Assembly (NCBI GenBank): GCA_013177895.1
Contig: JABLXV010000008.1
Span: 18,205 to 82,204, forward strand
DNA from: Brevinematales bacterium
Lineage (GTDB): Bacteria; Spirochaetota; Brevinematia; Brevinematales; GWF1-51-8
Direction of reading: 5' to 3'
DNA length: 64,000 bases
Shown: in pieces, positions 27,365 through 35,630 of the stretch
How positions within the stretch are numbered: position 1 is the stretch's first letter
Layout of the letters: every line of letters begins with the position of its first letter
Notes under the pieces: model-generated
Told to the model about the DNA's origin: nothing
The model's database searches: none
The model's input: only the letters and a program-made list of their open reading frames with translations
Made by a program: the position numbers and the translations under genes

Positions 27365-27384
27365 CACCGAGCGAAGCCGAGGTG
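27365..27384 (+). repeat. 20-nt motif copy caccgagcgaagccgaggtg
   Basis: It is an exact inverted copy of 16852-16871. It lies 33 nt after the stop of the FG-GAP gene. Confidence 0.7.
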
Positions 27385-27418
27385 CAGCCGAAATTGTTTA
27401 AAATTTCCCGCGCGGGAA

Positions 27419-27446
27419 TTGACATTCATATTCAGTATTCTATAAT
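27419..27446 (+). promoter_or_regulatory. consensus sigma70 promoter
   Basis: TTGACA, 16 nt, TATAAT. RBS aggagg is at 27461-27466 and the ATG at 27473. Confidence 0.65.
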
Positions 27447-27472
27447 ATAGAAGTACATGAAGGAGGCTTGTT

Positions 27473-28792
27473 ATGAGGAAAGGGATAATTATTTCGGTAT
27501 TATTACTTTTCATTTCTGCCACTCTGGGTTTTTCAGCCGCCGCGAAGATCAAACCCACCACTATCGCGGGGTTTGTGAATAAAGGCGGGGCTGCCGACGA
27601 CAAGATCAACGTTATGCTGACCAAGTCGCTCATCAACCTCCTTTCGAAGATTCCCAATGTCGTCATCACTCCCTACGAGGATGTCGAATCGGCGGTCAAG
27701 GATAACAAGCTCTGGACGGGGAAGTCCCTCGATGTCGAGAAATCCCTCGCGATGGGGCTTCTGTTCGAGACCAAGCAGGTCGTGGTCGGGGATTATCAGG
27801 TCGTCAATAATAAAGTCACTATCAACCTTTATATCTACGACGTGGTTACCGGGGAGCTCGCGCTCCAGCGGAGTTTCAAGGACCGTCCCGCCGGTGTGGA
27901 TATTTTTACTACGGTCGACGATGTTGTCAAGCAGGTATCCTACATCTTGATCGGTAAGGCGATCGCGCTCGGAAAGGTCATGGTGAATGTCAATGTGCCG
28001 GACAATCTCTATAAAGTGTACGTCAACGGGCGTTTCGAGAAGGAAATCAAGAAAGGCGACTCCTTTACGGGCGATATTATCGCGGGGGAACCTGTCGAGG
28101 TCTCTATCCGCCTGATGGTCGGTAATGACGAAAAGGAAGTATTCAAGAAAGCCGTCAATGTTAAAGAGGGCGAGACCGCAGAAGTACAGTACGAACCGTC
28201 GGGAGTCATCCTGATAAAAGCGATGGGCATGCCCGGCTCGAAGGTCTACCTCAACGGACAGGAGTACGGTAATACCGACGAGAACGGCGATTGCACAATC
28301 TATAACCTCCCCGTCGGAGTTGAGCAGAAGGTCAAGCTGGAAGTGAACGGTAAGGAATTCGGCGAGAAGACCGGGACGGTTAAAGAGGGCGATATGCTCC
28401 TGATGGTGTTCGGCGCGACCGAGAAAAAATTCCTGATCCCCGTGACAATCGGCAGGGGGCTCCTGCTCGGCGGATCAGTCGGATTCACCTATATGATCTC
28501 GCAGAACTTCTGGGCGGGAATTAATGTCGGTATGGGGTATCTCCCCAACGCCGCGCAGGCGGTGTTCATGTTCGATATCAACGTATTCTTCCCGATCATC
28601 CGCGCGGGCGACTTTATGTTCGGAGCGGGCGCGGCGGCGTTCGGGTTTATCCCCGGCGTGCTGACAATCGACCCGGAAATCGAGATTTCCGCGTCCTACG
28701 GGCCGTTCTTCCTCTCGATCGGTACACGTTACTCTCTCGCGGAATTTAACGGAGGGTTCAAGCCGATCATCGGACTAGGATTCAGGTTCTAA
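27473..28792 (+). CDS. secreted protein with PEGA-like domains and a C-terminal beta-barrel-like region
   Basis: A signal peptide is present. PEGA-like segments occur (KVMVNVNVPDNLYKVYVNGRF.., GSKVYLNGQEYGNTDENG..). The Gly/aromatic-rich C-terminal third ends in ..GLGFRF, and a terminal Phe is typical of OM barrels. Confidence 0.6.
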   Translation: MRKGIIISVLLLFISATLGFSAAAKIKPTTIAGFVNKGGAADDKINVMLTKSLINLLSKIPNVVITPYEDVESAVKDNKLWTGKSLDVEKSLAMGLLFETKQVVVGDYQVVNNKVTINLYIYDVVTGELALQRSFKDRPAGVDIFTTVDDVVKQVSYILIGKAIALGKVMVNVNVPDNLYKVYVNGRFEKEIKKGDSFTGDIIAGEPVEVSIRLMVGNDEKEVFKKAVNVKEGETAEVQYEPSGVILIKAMGMPGSKVYLNGQEYGNTDENGDCTIYNLPVGVEQKVKLEVNGKEFGEKTGTVKEGDMLLMVFGATEKKFLIPVTIGRGLLLGGSVGFTYMISQNFWAGINVGMGYLPNAAQAVFMFDINVFFPIIRAGDFMFGAGAAAFGFIPGVLTIDPEIEISASYGPFFLSIGTRYSLAEFNGGFKPIIGLGFRF

Positions 28793-28813
28793 TAAATAAC
28801 GTTCTATAAAATT

Positions 28814-28839
28814 AGCCGTCCTCAGGGGCGGCTTTTTTA
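28814..28839 (+). terminator. rho-independent terminator
   Basis: agccgtcc-tcag-gggcggct followed by tttttt. Confidence 0.7.
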
Positions 28840-28849
28840 TTCCCGGTAT

Positions 28850-28992
28850 GTTTTCATCCTGAGACATGGTAACCCTTCGACCATGCTCAGGGTGACGATA
28901 TTGTCCTGCTGAGCGTGCCGAAGCATAAGCCTGTTAAAGCATCAGGCGGAGCAGTACCGGAGCCCCCGGTCATTGAGCGAAGCCGAAATGGC
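28850..28992. repeat. cluster of 3-4 short palindromic repeat units between convergent genes
   Basis: The units are tcatcctgagac.., ccttcgaccatgctcagggtgacg, gtcctgctgagcgtgccgaagcataagcc and gtcattgagcgaagccgaaatggc. The last unit is a member of the 20-nt motif family. Confidence 0.55.
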
Positions 28993-28993
28993 A

Positions 28994-30067
28994 TCAAGCA
29001 AATAATTCTACTTGGGATATCTGCCCAGCCGCATAGATATAGTCGTCTTTATAAAACACGGCGAACTGCCCCGGCGCGATTATTTCATACGGTTCGTCCA
29101 GTTCGACATGTGCCGTCCCGTCGTCGATTTGCACCTTACCGCGCGCGATCCTGGACTGGTAACGCACCTGAATGTCGTATTCCCCGTCCGTAAACTCCGG
29201 CGTGAAGATATTCAGTTCCCCCGTGTCGAACTCCCGCGATATCGGAACCTCCCCCAGTATGAGGCGATTATTCTCCAGATCGAACTCCCGCACGAATACC
29301 CTGCGCCCGGCGGCGACCCCGTGACCGCGGCGCTGGCCGTAGGAATAGAACGGTATCCCGTGATGCGCGCCCGCGACTTTCCCGTCGAGGATAAAATCTC
29401 CGGGGGTTTCGGTGATCCCGTTCCTGCGGAGGAAGTCGCGGTAATCGCCCTGCACGAAGCAGATATCCTGGCTCTCCCCCGAGGGCGGCGGCACGGGGAG
29501 GCCGGCGTCCTCGGCTATTTTACGGACATCCGGCTTGATATAACTACCCAGCGGGAAAAGGATTTTATCGAGGCGTGAACTTTCGACATAGGAGAGGAAA
29601 TACGACTGGTCCTTCGAACCGTCCGCGCCCCGCATCAGCATCCTGTTTCCGCCGCGTTCCCCGGTACGCACGTAATGCCCGGTCGCGAGGAAGTCCGCGC
29701 CGCGCGATAACGCGTAATCCATCAATGCGCCGAACTTGATAGTACGGTTGCAGAGGACGCAGGGGTTGGGGGTCAGACCCTTCGGGTAGGCGTCGAGGAA
29801 GTACCGCACGACCTTCGACTGGAACTCATGCCCGAGGCGGACAATGTGGTGCGGGATACCGAGATGGCGGCAGACCTTCGCGGCCTCGTCGGCGCCGGGG
29901 AGGTCGCTTTTCGGGGGGTTTTGGATATCGTGGTGGCATCTCCGGCAGCGGATACAGAATCCGGTGTCGAACGTCACCCCCTCGACATGGTAGCCGTCCT
30001 TTTGAAGCAGGTACGCGGCGGTGGAACTGTCGACTCCCCCGCTCATCCCTATCAGAACTTTTGGCAT
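28994..30067 (-). CDS. mnmA: tRNA-specific 2-thiouridylase
   Basis: It has the PP-loop VLIGMSGGVDSS, the conserved Cys context NPCVLCN, and a C-terminal barrel domain. Confidence 0.88.
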   Translation of the reverse strand: MPKVLIGMSGGVDSSTAAYLLQKDGYHVEGVTFDTGFCIRCRRCHHDIQNPPKSDLPGADEAAKVCRHLGIPHHIVRLGHEFQSKVVRYFLDAYPKGLTPNPCVLCNRTIKFGALMDYALSRGADFLATGHYVRTGERGGNRMLMRGADGSKDQSYFLSYVESSRLDKILFPLGSYIKPDVRKIAEDAGLPVPPPSGESQDICFVQGDYRDFLRRNGITETPGDFILDGKVAGAHHGIPFYSYGQRRGHGVAAGRRVFVREFDLENNRLILGEVPISREFDTGELNIFTPEFTDGEYDIQVRYQSRIARGKVQIDDGTAHVELDEPYEIIAPGQFAVFYKDDYIYAAGQISQVELFA

Positions 30068-30068
30068 C

Positions 30069-30644
30069 TTAGAGTTTTTTCAGCTTATCCTTCTGCTGGC
30101 GCATGAAATCGATCTTATCGACCTTTTTGCCCTGCGGGAAGAAGCTGAGGATATCCATAAATTTTGTTTCTTTAGGCTTGAGCTTTTCGCGGTTCAGCTC
30201 GATAAAGTCGATGGTCTCTTTATCCTCGATCTTATCGACCAGCTTGATGCCGTCGCCCGCGAGACTGAAAAGGTAGTACGCGACGCCGATCTTCACGATC
30301 TGGAGGTAGGCGGACATGCCCATCGATTTGGTGAGGATGATGTCGACGAGCTGCTTATCCTCGGAGACCGGGAGGGCGTTTTTCGATACGATCAGGCGCA
30401 CGACAAAATAGGCGATCACCCCGAAGATGGCGGTATAGAAGATGATCTTGACCGTGCTCCAGAACGGCGAATACTCGTCGCCCTGCGCGGCCTGATTATT
30501 GGTTGCTCCGCTGTAGAACTCCGCGAGGAACGCGTTGGTTCCGGTATTGGTTTTATTGGTGTTGGTCGCGGGAATTGCCGCGCCGGTGGCGACGCCCATC
30601 AGGACGAGCGATAACGCCGCTATTTTGACGGTTTTTCTCAACAT
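30069..30644 (-). CDS. membrane protein, FliO/FliZ-like topology (tentative)
   Basis: I prefer the start at 30644 (RBS ggagggg; MLRKTVKIAALSLVLMG signal). It has one internal TM (IIFYTAIFGVIAYFVVRLIV). The segment LVDIILTKSMGMSAYLQIVKIGVAYYLFSLAGDGIKLVDKIEDKE resembles FliO family cores. Confidence 0.45.
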   Translation of the reverse strand: MLRKTVKIAALSLVLMGVATGAAIPATNTNKTNTGTNAFLAEFYSGATNNQAAQGDEYSPFWSTVKIIFYTAIFGVIAYFVVRLIVSKNALPVSEDKQLVDIILTKSMGMSAYLQIVKIGVAYYLFSLAGDGIKLVDKIEDKETIDFIELNREKLKPKETKFMDILSFFPQGKKVDKIDFMRQQKDKLKKL

Positions 30645-30775
30645 GTTCCCCTCCGTATCCGTTAGAGTATTATAGCGGAAACCCCGTGGTCTGTCAAAAA
30701 TGACCGCACAACGCTGTATATTTGCATTTTCAGCGAATTCCATTATGATATGGGTAACCCATTTCGGAGGCGAAT

Positions 30776-31252
30776 ATGACGGCCCGAGCCTTTCTGGTAC
30801 TATTAGCGTTAGCATTGACATTATCTCCGTCGCCCGCGAAGGAGTTCGTAACGGGTAAGAAACGTTCGGATAAGCCCGATGCGCTGGTCAAGAAGGCGGG
30901 GAAACTCCTCCTGATATGCAACGGGATTTTCACGGCGAATATTTCCGGCCTTGAAACCGCGGCGGACGCGAAGGATGTCGTTAAGAATATTGCCCTGACC
31001 GACGAACAGTTACGGAATGCTATACTCGCCGAAGCCGGTACGCTGAATGCTATCGACGCGGGATTGAATAACGAGGCATGGGATCAACTGAAAAAGGAAA
31101 TCGATCTGCTGATATTTTCATCGGTAACCTATCAGAAGAAGGTCGAGGAATTAATGGAAAAGTTCAAGGATGATACGAAGGGGCTTGAACTGATTAACGA
31201 GGCTTATAAGAAAATGAACGAATGGACGCACGGATACTATAAGGAAGAGTAA
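30776..31252 (+). CDS. small secreted helical protein, distant member of the lipoprotein family at 57.6-60.5 kb
   Basis: The signal peptide is MTARAFLVLLALALTLSPSPA. Motifs ETAADAKDVVKNI and EKFKDDTKGLELINEAY are present. Confidence 0.6.
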   Translation: MTARAFLVLLALALTLSPSPAKEFVTGKKRSDKPDALVKKAGKLLLICNGIFTANISGLETAADAKDVVKNIALTDEQLRNAILAEAGTLNAIDAGLNNEAWDQLKKEIDLLIFSSVTYQKKVEELMEKFKDDTKGLELINEAYKKMNEWTHGYYKEE

Positions 31253-31298
31253 TGATCGGAAATTATAGCGGACTGCTCTGGGCAATTCGATAGAAATG

Positions 31299-32027
31299 TC
31301 ATTTTCCGCCCTGTCTCTTTCTCAGGAAAATCTCCCGGAGTATACCCACGGCCTTCTCGAAACCCTCGCGGTCGGCGGCGGTGGGCTTATCGTCGTTTAC
31401 CGCGTTCGACCCGCAGATCAGCGGGAATAGTTCTTTATGTTCGGACAGGTCCTTCCTGACACCCGCCGCCTTCAGCATGAGCTCGGCCGCATGGTAACGG
31501 GTCAGGTAATCGTCGTCGCGCACCGCCGCGAGCACGGTATCCGCCAGCTCCGGGGTAAGCACCTCCTCCAGCAGGCTGTGCTTTCCGCTCGACGCTATCG
31601 CCGACTTGAGGTTGACGAGGGTATCGACCTGCGTGTACCAGTCGGAACCCTCGCGGATCATCCTCCTGAACATCTCCACCGCTTTCGCGCTCGGCCCGAG
31701 TTCGAGGATATTCCGCGCTATATTCGCCGCGTCGTAAAAACTTACCGGGCGGTCGAGGGTACGCTCGAGCGCGGATTTTAATTGTTCGCGCGCGTTGTCG
31801 TCCTTCCCTAGCTCGACCACTGCGTACCCGAGGTACACGGTGTAGCCTCCAGCGTCGAGCCTGCGTATCAGCATCTCCGCCGCGCGCGGGCGTTCGTCCA
31901 GTGTGAGCGCGGTGGCCGCAACCGATACCGACGAATAATCCGGCCCGTCGTGCCATTCCATATAGCCGTTACGTTCCTCGTCGATCGCGGATTCGAGACG
32001 CTTGACGCCGCCGGAAAATTCTTCCAT
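31299..32027 (-). CDS. hypothetical cytoplasmic helical-repeat protein
   Basis: I prefer the start at 32027 (MEEFSGGVKR..). The sequence is Leu/Ala/Glu/Arg-rich and HEAT-like by eye. I see no catalytic motif. Confidence 0.5.
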   Translation of the reverse strand: MEEFSGGVKRLESAIDEERNGYMEWHDGPDYSSVSVAATALTLDERPRAAEMLIRRLDAGGYTVYLGYAVVELGKDDNAREQLKSALERTLDRPVSFYDAANIARNILELGPSAKAVEMFRRMIREGSDWYTQVDTLVNLKSAIASSGKHSLLEEVLTPELADTVLAAVRDDDYLTRYHAAELMLKAAGVRKDLSEHKELFPLICGSNAVNDDKPTAADREGFEKAVGILREIFLRKRQGGK

Positions 32028-32228
32028 AGCCGTACCTTTTTCGATTTTTACGAGTGTAGTATGGAATGGAGCATTTGTCAAGCGGAGGGAAAATATTCGA
32101 TCAGCGGATATAACCGCGCTCTTTTTCTTGCAATTTACCCGCCGTTCGCTAAAATATCCCCGTAAATAAAGTAATGTCCGCACGGGTAATTATGTCTCTA
32201 CCGGATACCCCGGGGAGCGGAGGATGCA

Positions 32229-32675
32229 ATGAAACGACAGGTTATTTTGGTGACTACCATGCTCCTTCTTTCATCGATGGTAATCGGCGGGCAGGCGGGC
32301 GTGAATATTTCGGAGCATCGTCTGGTCGCGAAGGTAAAGAATCTGCTGAATCAGTGTATTAAGATTACCAAATCCGCCGGGGAAAAAATTACCGCTCCGA
32401 CGCAGCCCGCTTTGGCCGAGAAGGTTCTCAAATCCGCGTCCTCCGCGATAAAAACTCCCGCGAAAAAGCTCTACGGGATACTCTCCGCCCTCGACGAACC
32501 GGTGTTAAAAAGCGTTCAGTCGACGCTGGAGAAACAATTCAAGGACTATTTTAACGAATTGATGGAGCTCGATATGACAATCTACGAAATATATAAAAAT
32601 AACATGTTTTCCGATGCCGGTAAGGCGCTCGATCAGGCGAATACGGAGTTTAAACGCCTCGCGAAAGGACAATAA
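32229..32675 (+). CDS. small secreted helical protein (weak family member)
   Basis: RBS ggagga and a signal peptide (MKRQVILVTTMLLLSSMVIGG) are present. The mature part is helical and K/A/E/L-rich. Confidence 0.55.
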   Translation: MKRQVILVTTMLLLSSMVIGGQAGVNISEHRLVAKVKNLLNQCIKITKSAGEKITAPTQPALAEKVLKSASSAIKTPAKKLYGILSALDEPVLKSVQSTLEKQFKDYFNELMELDMTIYEIYKNNMFSDAGKALDQANTEFKRLAKGQ

Positions 32676-32682
32676 TAAAGGA

Positions 32683-33642
32683 ATGGATATGATAAAACTA
32701 GGCATTATCGGCGCGGGGCGGATTGTCACCGAAACCCATCTGCCTGTTATCGAATCGTTGCGGGACAGGATTGCAATCGCGGGAGTATATTCCCCGTCGG
32801 GCGAAAGCGCGGCGCGCACCGGGTATCCGGCGTACCCGTCCCCCGAGGCCGCGCTCGCGGACAGCACGGACGCGCTCCTGATCGCGGCTCCGATTCTTTA
32901 TAACTCCGGGTGGATCATACGCGGCCTCCGCGCGGGAAAGACCGTGCTCTGCGAGAAGCCCGCTATCGCGGCGCTTGCGGAGCGGGATATTTTCAATTCC
33001 CTGCCGCCGGAGCTTGCGGGACGCTGCATGATCGCGGAGAACCAGCTCTTTTTCGACTTTTTTACCGATCTGAAAAAACGTCTGGACGGCGGCGAATACG
33101 GAAGCCCGCGCGGGTTTTCCTACTGCGTCGAACGGAATTACCTGCCGGGCGAAGTCCCGTACCTCGACGCGGAATGGCGGCGGAAACCGTCGCATACCGG
33201 GGGCTTCCTGTACGACTGGGGCGTGCATCATTTTTCGATGATCGCCCGACTGTTCCCGGGACTGCGGATGCAACGGGGCAAACTTTCCGGCGGGGCCGAG
33301 GATGGATGCCCGTCGCGCGCGGAATGGGAGCTCGGGGATTGCGGCCTCATGGGCACGTTTGTGATCGATTACCGTTCGCCCGACAAGACGGACAAATTCA
33401 CCCTGACGACCGATATCGGCGCGCTCGATATCACGCGGGAGCGGACGAGGTTCATCCCCATATCGGGCGAGAGTGTCGAGTATGAATATCCCGCGAACCG
33501 TCTCGAGGATTCGTTCGTCCGGCAATGGGAGATGTTTATACGTTTCGCGGAGGGCGGGAGCGCGAACCCGCATCCGTTGGCGGAGGGTCTCGACGAGGCG
33601 GTGCGGTTTTTGGAATGTTACGCCGGATCGCAATTCGCGTAG
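32683..33642 (+). CDS. Gfo/Idh/MocA-family oxidoreductase
   Basis: The Rossmann N-terminus is KLGIIGAGRIV and the family motif VLCEKPA is present. I prefer the start at 32683, 8 nt after the preceding stop. Confidence 0.8.
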   Translation: MDMIKLGIIGAGRIVTETHLPVIESLRDRIAIAGVYSPSGESAARTGYPAYPSPEAALADSTDALLIAAPILYNSGWIIRGLRAGKTVLCEKPAIAALAERDIFNSLPPELAGRCMIAENQLFFDFFTDLKKRLDGGEYGSPRGFSYCVERNYLPGEVPYLDAEWRRKPSHTGGFLYDWGVHHFSMIARLFPGLRMQRGKLSGGAEDGCPSRAEWELGDCGLMGTFVIDYRSPDKTDKFTLTTDIGALDITRERTRFIPISGESVEYEYPANRLEDSFVRQWEMFIRFAEGGSANPHPLAEGLDEAVRFLECYAGSQFA

Positions 33643-33803
33643 ATAATAAATGCTTCGGGGAAGGAGGGTAGGAGTGATTACAGCATTCAGGGATAAACTT
33701 TCCGCGCTGATTAACATAGAAGAACTTTGACCCATCGGCCGCGGCAGCCGGTACGCTTTCCAATTTAATCATTTCCCTCAGATAAAAAATAAGGAGTGAG
33801 ACG

Positions 33804-34259
33804 ATGGATTTCAGGAAAACTTTAATGATTTGCGGTCTGATCATGGCGCTATCGGGGATTACATTCGCCGCCGAAAAACATACCCGCACGGCAAAGAATT
33901 CCACTAAGGATACCTTGTCAACGATTGTATTTATTATGCAGGGTATGTCGGAAGCGCTGAAAACGGGTAATGATAAACTTATGGAATGTCCGGATAAGAA
34001 AGCGGCAACCGAGGTTATCCGTGAAACCGCGTCGAAATGTAATGATAGTATTTTAAAGATGATGGAAATAATAACCCAATCCCCGGAACTTGCCGGGGAT
34101 AAGGATTTTACCGATAAGGCGCAATCGAGTGTGAAGGATGTAGAGGACAAGTTGGCGGATTTCAAGAATGCGATCGAGGAATGGTCGGACGCGCACGGGT
34201 TGAGCGAGAAAGAGAAAAACGACCTCAAGGCGATTATTGAAAAAGCGTTCAGTAATTAA
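33804..34259 (+). CDS. small secreted helical protein, distant family member
   Basis: A signal peptide is present. Motifs CPDKKAATEVIRETASKCNDSILKMMEI and AGDKDFTDKAQSSV are present. Confidence 0.6.
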   Translation: MDFRKTLMICGLIMALSGITFAAEKHTRTAKNSTKDTLSTIVFIMQGMSEALKTGNDKLMECPDKKAATEVIRETASKCNDSILKMMEIITQSPELAGDKDFTDKAQSSVKDVEDKLADFKNAIEEWSDAHGLSEKEKNDLKAIIEKAFSN

Positions 34260-34296
34260 CCCGCGCCGCATCGGGTAAAACTACTTAGGAGAAGAG

Positions 34297-35064
34297 GTGA
34301 CTATGGATATTCGCCTGAAATGGGTCGGCGGCGCGACATGGGTAATGGATATCGGGAATTTTAAAATCGCGTGCGACCCCGTCCTGTGCGCCAAAGGCAC
34401 GGTGCACGACTACCGCTTCTTTAAATCCGAACGGTTGGAGAATCCCGTTTATACGCGGGACGATTTCAGGGGCGTGGATTTCTGGCTGATCACCCATCTC
34501 CATGAAGACCATCTCGATATGCGGGGGCTTGCGATGACCGGGGACGCGCCGGTAATCAGCCCCGCCCAGATAGGAAAAAAGCTCACGACCGTGCTGAAAC
34601 GGGGCGATACGCATCGGATGGATATCCCCGGCAAGGGAAGCGTCGTTATCACCGCGATTCCCGCGATTCACTCGATCCGTCCGCTTCTCGGCGGGATGGT
34701 CGGTAACGGCAACGGGTATCTGCTGGGGTACGGTGACGGAAACGAATCATGCAGTATCTATGTCTCCGGGGATACGCTGATTCACCGGAGGGTCGTCCGC
34801 GCCCTCGTGGGAAAGCCCCTCGATCTCGCTATCCTCAATACGGGTAACGCGGTACTGGGCGGCGGACTGCTTTCGGGGATCGCGGGGCGTATCACGATGA
34901 ATATGAAGGACGTCGCGAAGTTCGACAGGCTTTTTCATCCGAAGACGATAGTCCCCGTGCATTGGGGAACTTTTTCACATTACCGGGAACGGGTGGACTC
35001 CGCCGGGGACTTGCCCGCAAGCGTAAAAATTATACATCCGGGAGAGACGTTGACACTCGGGTAA
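34297..35064 (+). CDS. MBL-fold metallo-hydrolase
   Basis: The HxHxDH motif (THLHEDHLD) is present and the later His/Asp positions fit (..VSGDT.., ..VPVHWGTF). Confidence 0.75.
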   Translation: MTMDIRLKWVGGATWVMDIGNFKIACDPVLCAKGTVHDYRFFKSERLENPVYTRDDFRGVDFWLITHLHEDHLDMRGLAMTGDAPVISPAQIGKKLTTVLKRGDTHRMDIPGKGSVVITAIPAIHSIRPLLGGMVGNGNGYLLGYGDGNESCSIYVSGDTLIHRRVVRALVGKPLDLAILNTGNAVLGGGLLSGIAGRITMNMKDVAKFDRLFHPKTIVPVHWGTFSHYRERVDSAGDLPASVKIIHPGETLTLG

Positions 35065-35147
35065 TCAGTTATCAGGGGTATCGGGGCGTAAAATATGCTA
35101 TGGAAACGGATGAATGATACCTCATATGAAATAGTATGGAGACGGAA

Positions 35148-35621
35148 ATGAGAGTTTTTATAAAAATAGTCCTGTTATCGGCGCTGATTTTTTCGGGCGT
35201 GTCCGCGGATGATTATAGCGCGCGGACTCGTTCCGGCGGGGCGGTCGGTATTATTAAGGCAAAGATATTTCTTATTAACGGTCTCTCCCATGTCGTCGAT
35301 GTATTGAACGAAGCCTCCGCCGAAGTGAAAAAAGCCCAGACCGCGCAGGAGTTGTCGGATATCATCTTGTATACCGGGAAAAAGTTCAAGGATATCATGG
35401 GACTGATGAAAAAAACAGTAAAACCATACGAGAATATCATAGAAAACGATAAGGATTTTATGGAAGCCGGGCAGACGTTAGCCGGACAGATGATGACCGC
35501 CTATACGAAGTTTCAGGATGCCGTAATGAAGTGGCGCGAGGGGAAGACTCTTTCCCCGCAGGACGAGGCGTTACTTCTCGCGGCGGTAAAGGCTCTGAGC
35601 GAATTCGGGGATGACGAATGA
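35148..35621 (+). CDS. small secreted helical protein, distant family member
   Basis: I prefer the start at 35148 (RBS ggag; MRVFIKIVLLSALIFSGVSA). Motifs AQTAQELSDIILYTGKKFKDIMGLMKK and ENDKDFMEAGQTL are present. Confidence 0.6.
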   Translation: MRVFIKIVLLSALIFSGVSADDYSARTRSGGAVGIIKAKIFLINGLSHVVDVLNEASAEVKKAQTAQELSDIILYTGKKFKDIMGLMKKTVKPYENIIENDKDFMEAGQTLAGQMMTAYTKFQDAVMKWREGKTLSPQDEALLLAAVKALSEFGDDE

Positions 35622-35630
35622 ATTTATAGA

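Noticed and set aside
30069-30644. Firm annotation as flagellar FliO
   Set aside because: The resemblance is limited to topology and one core segment recalled from memory. The gene is not in a flagellar operon. It is left as a tentative description with no gene symbol.
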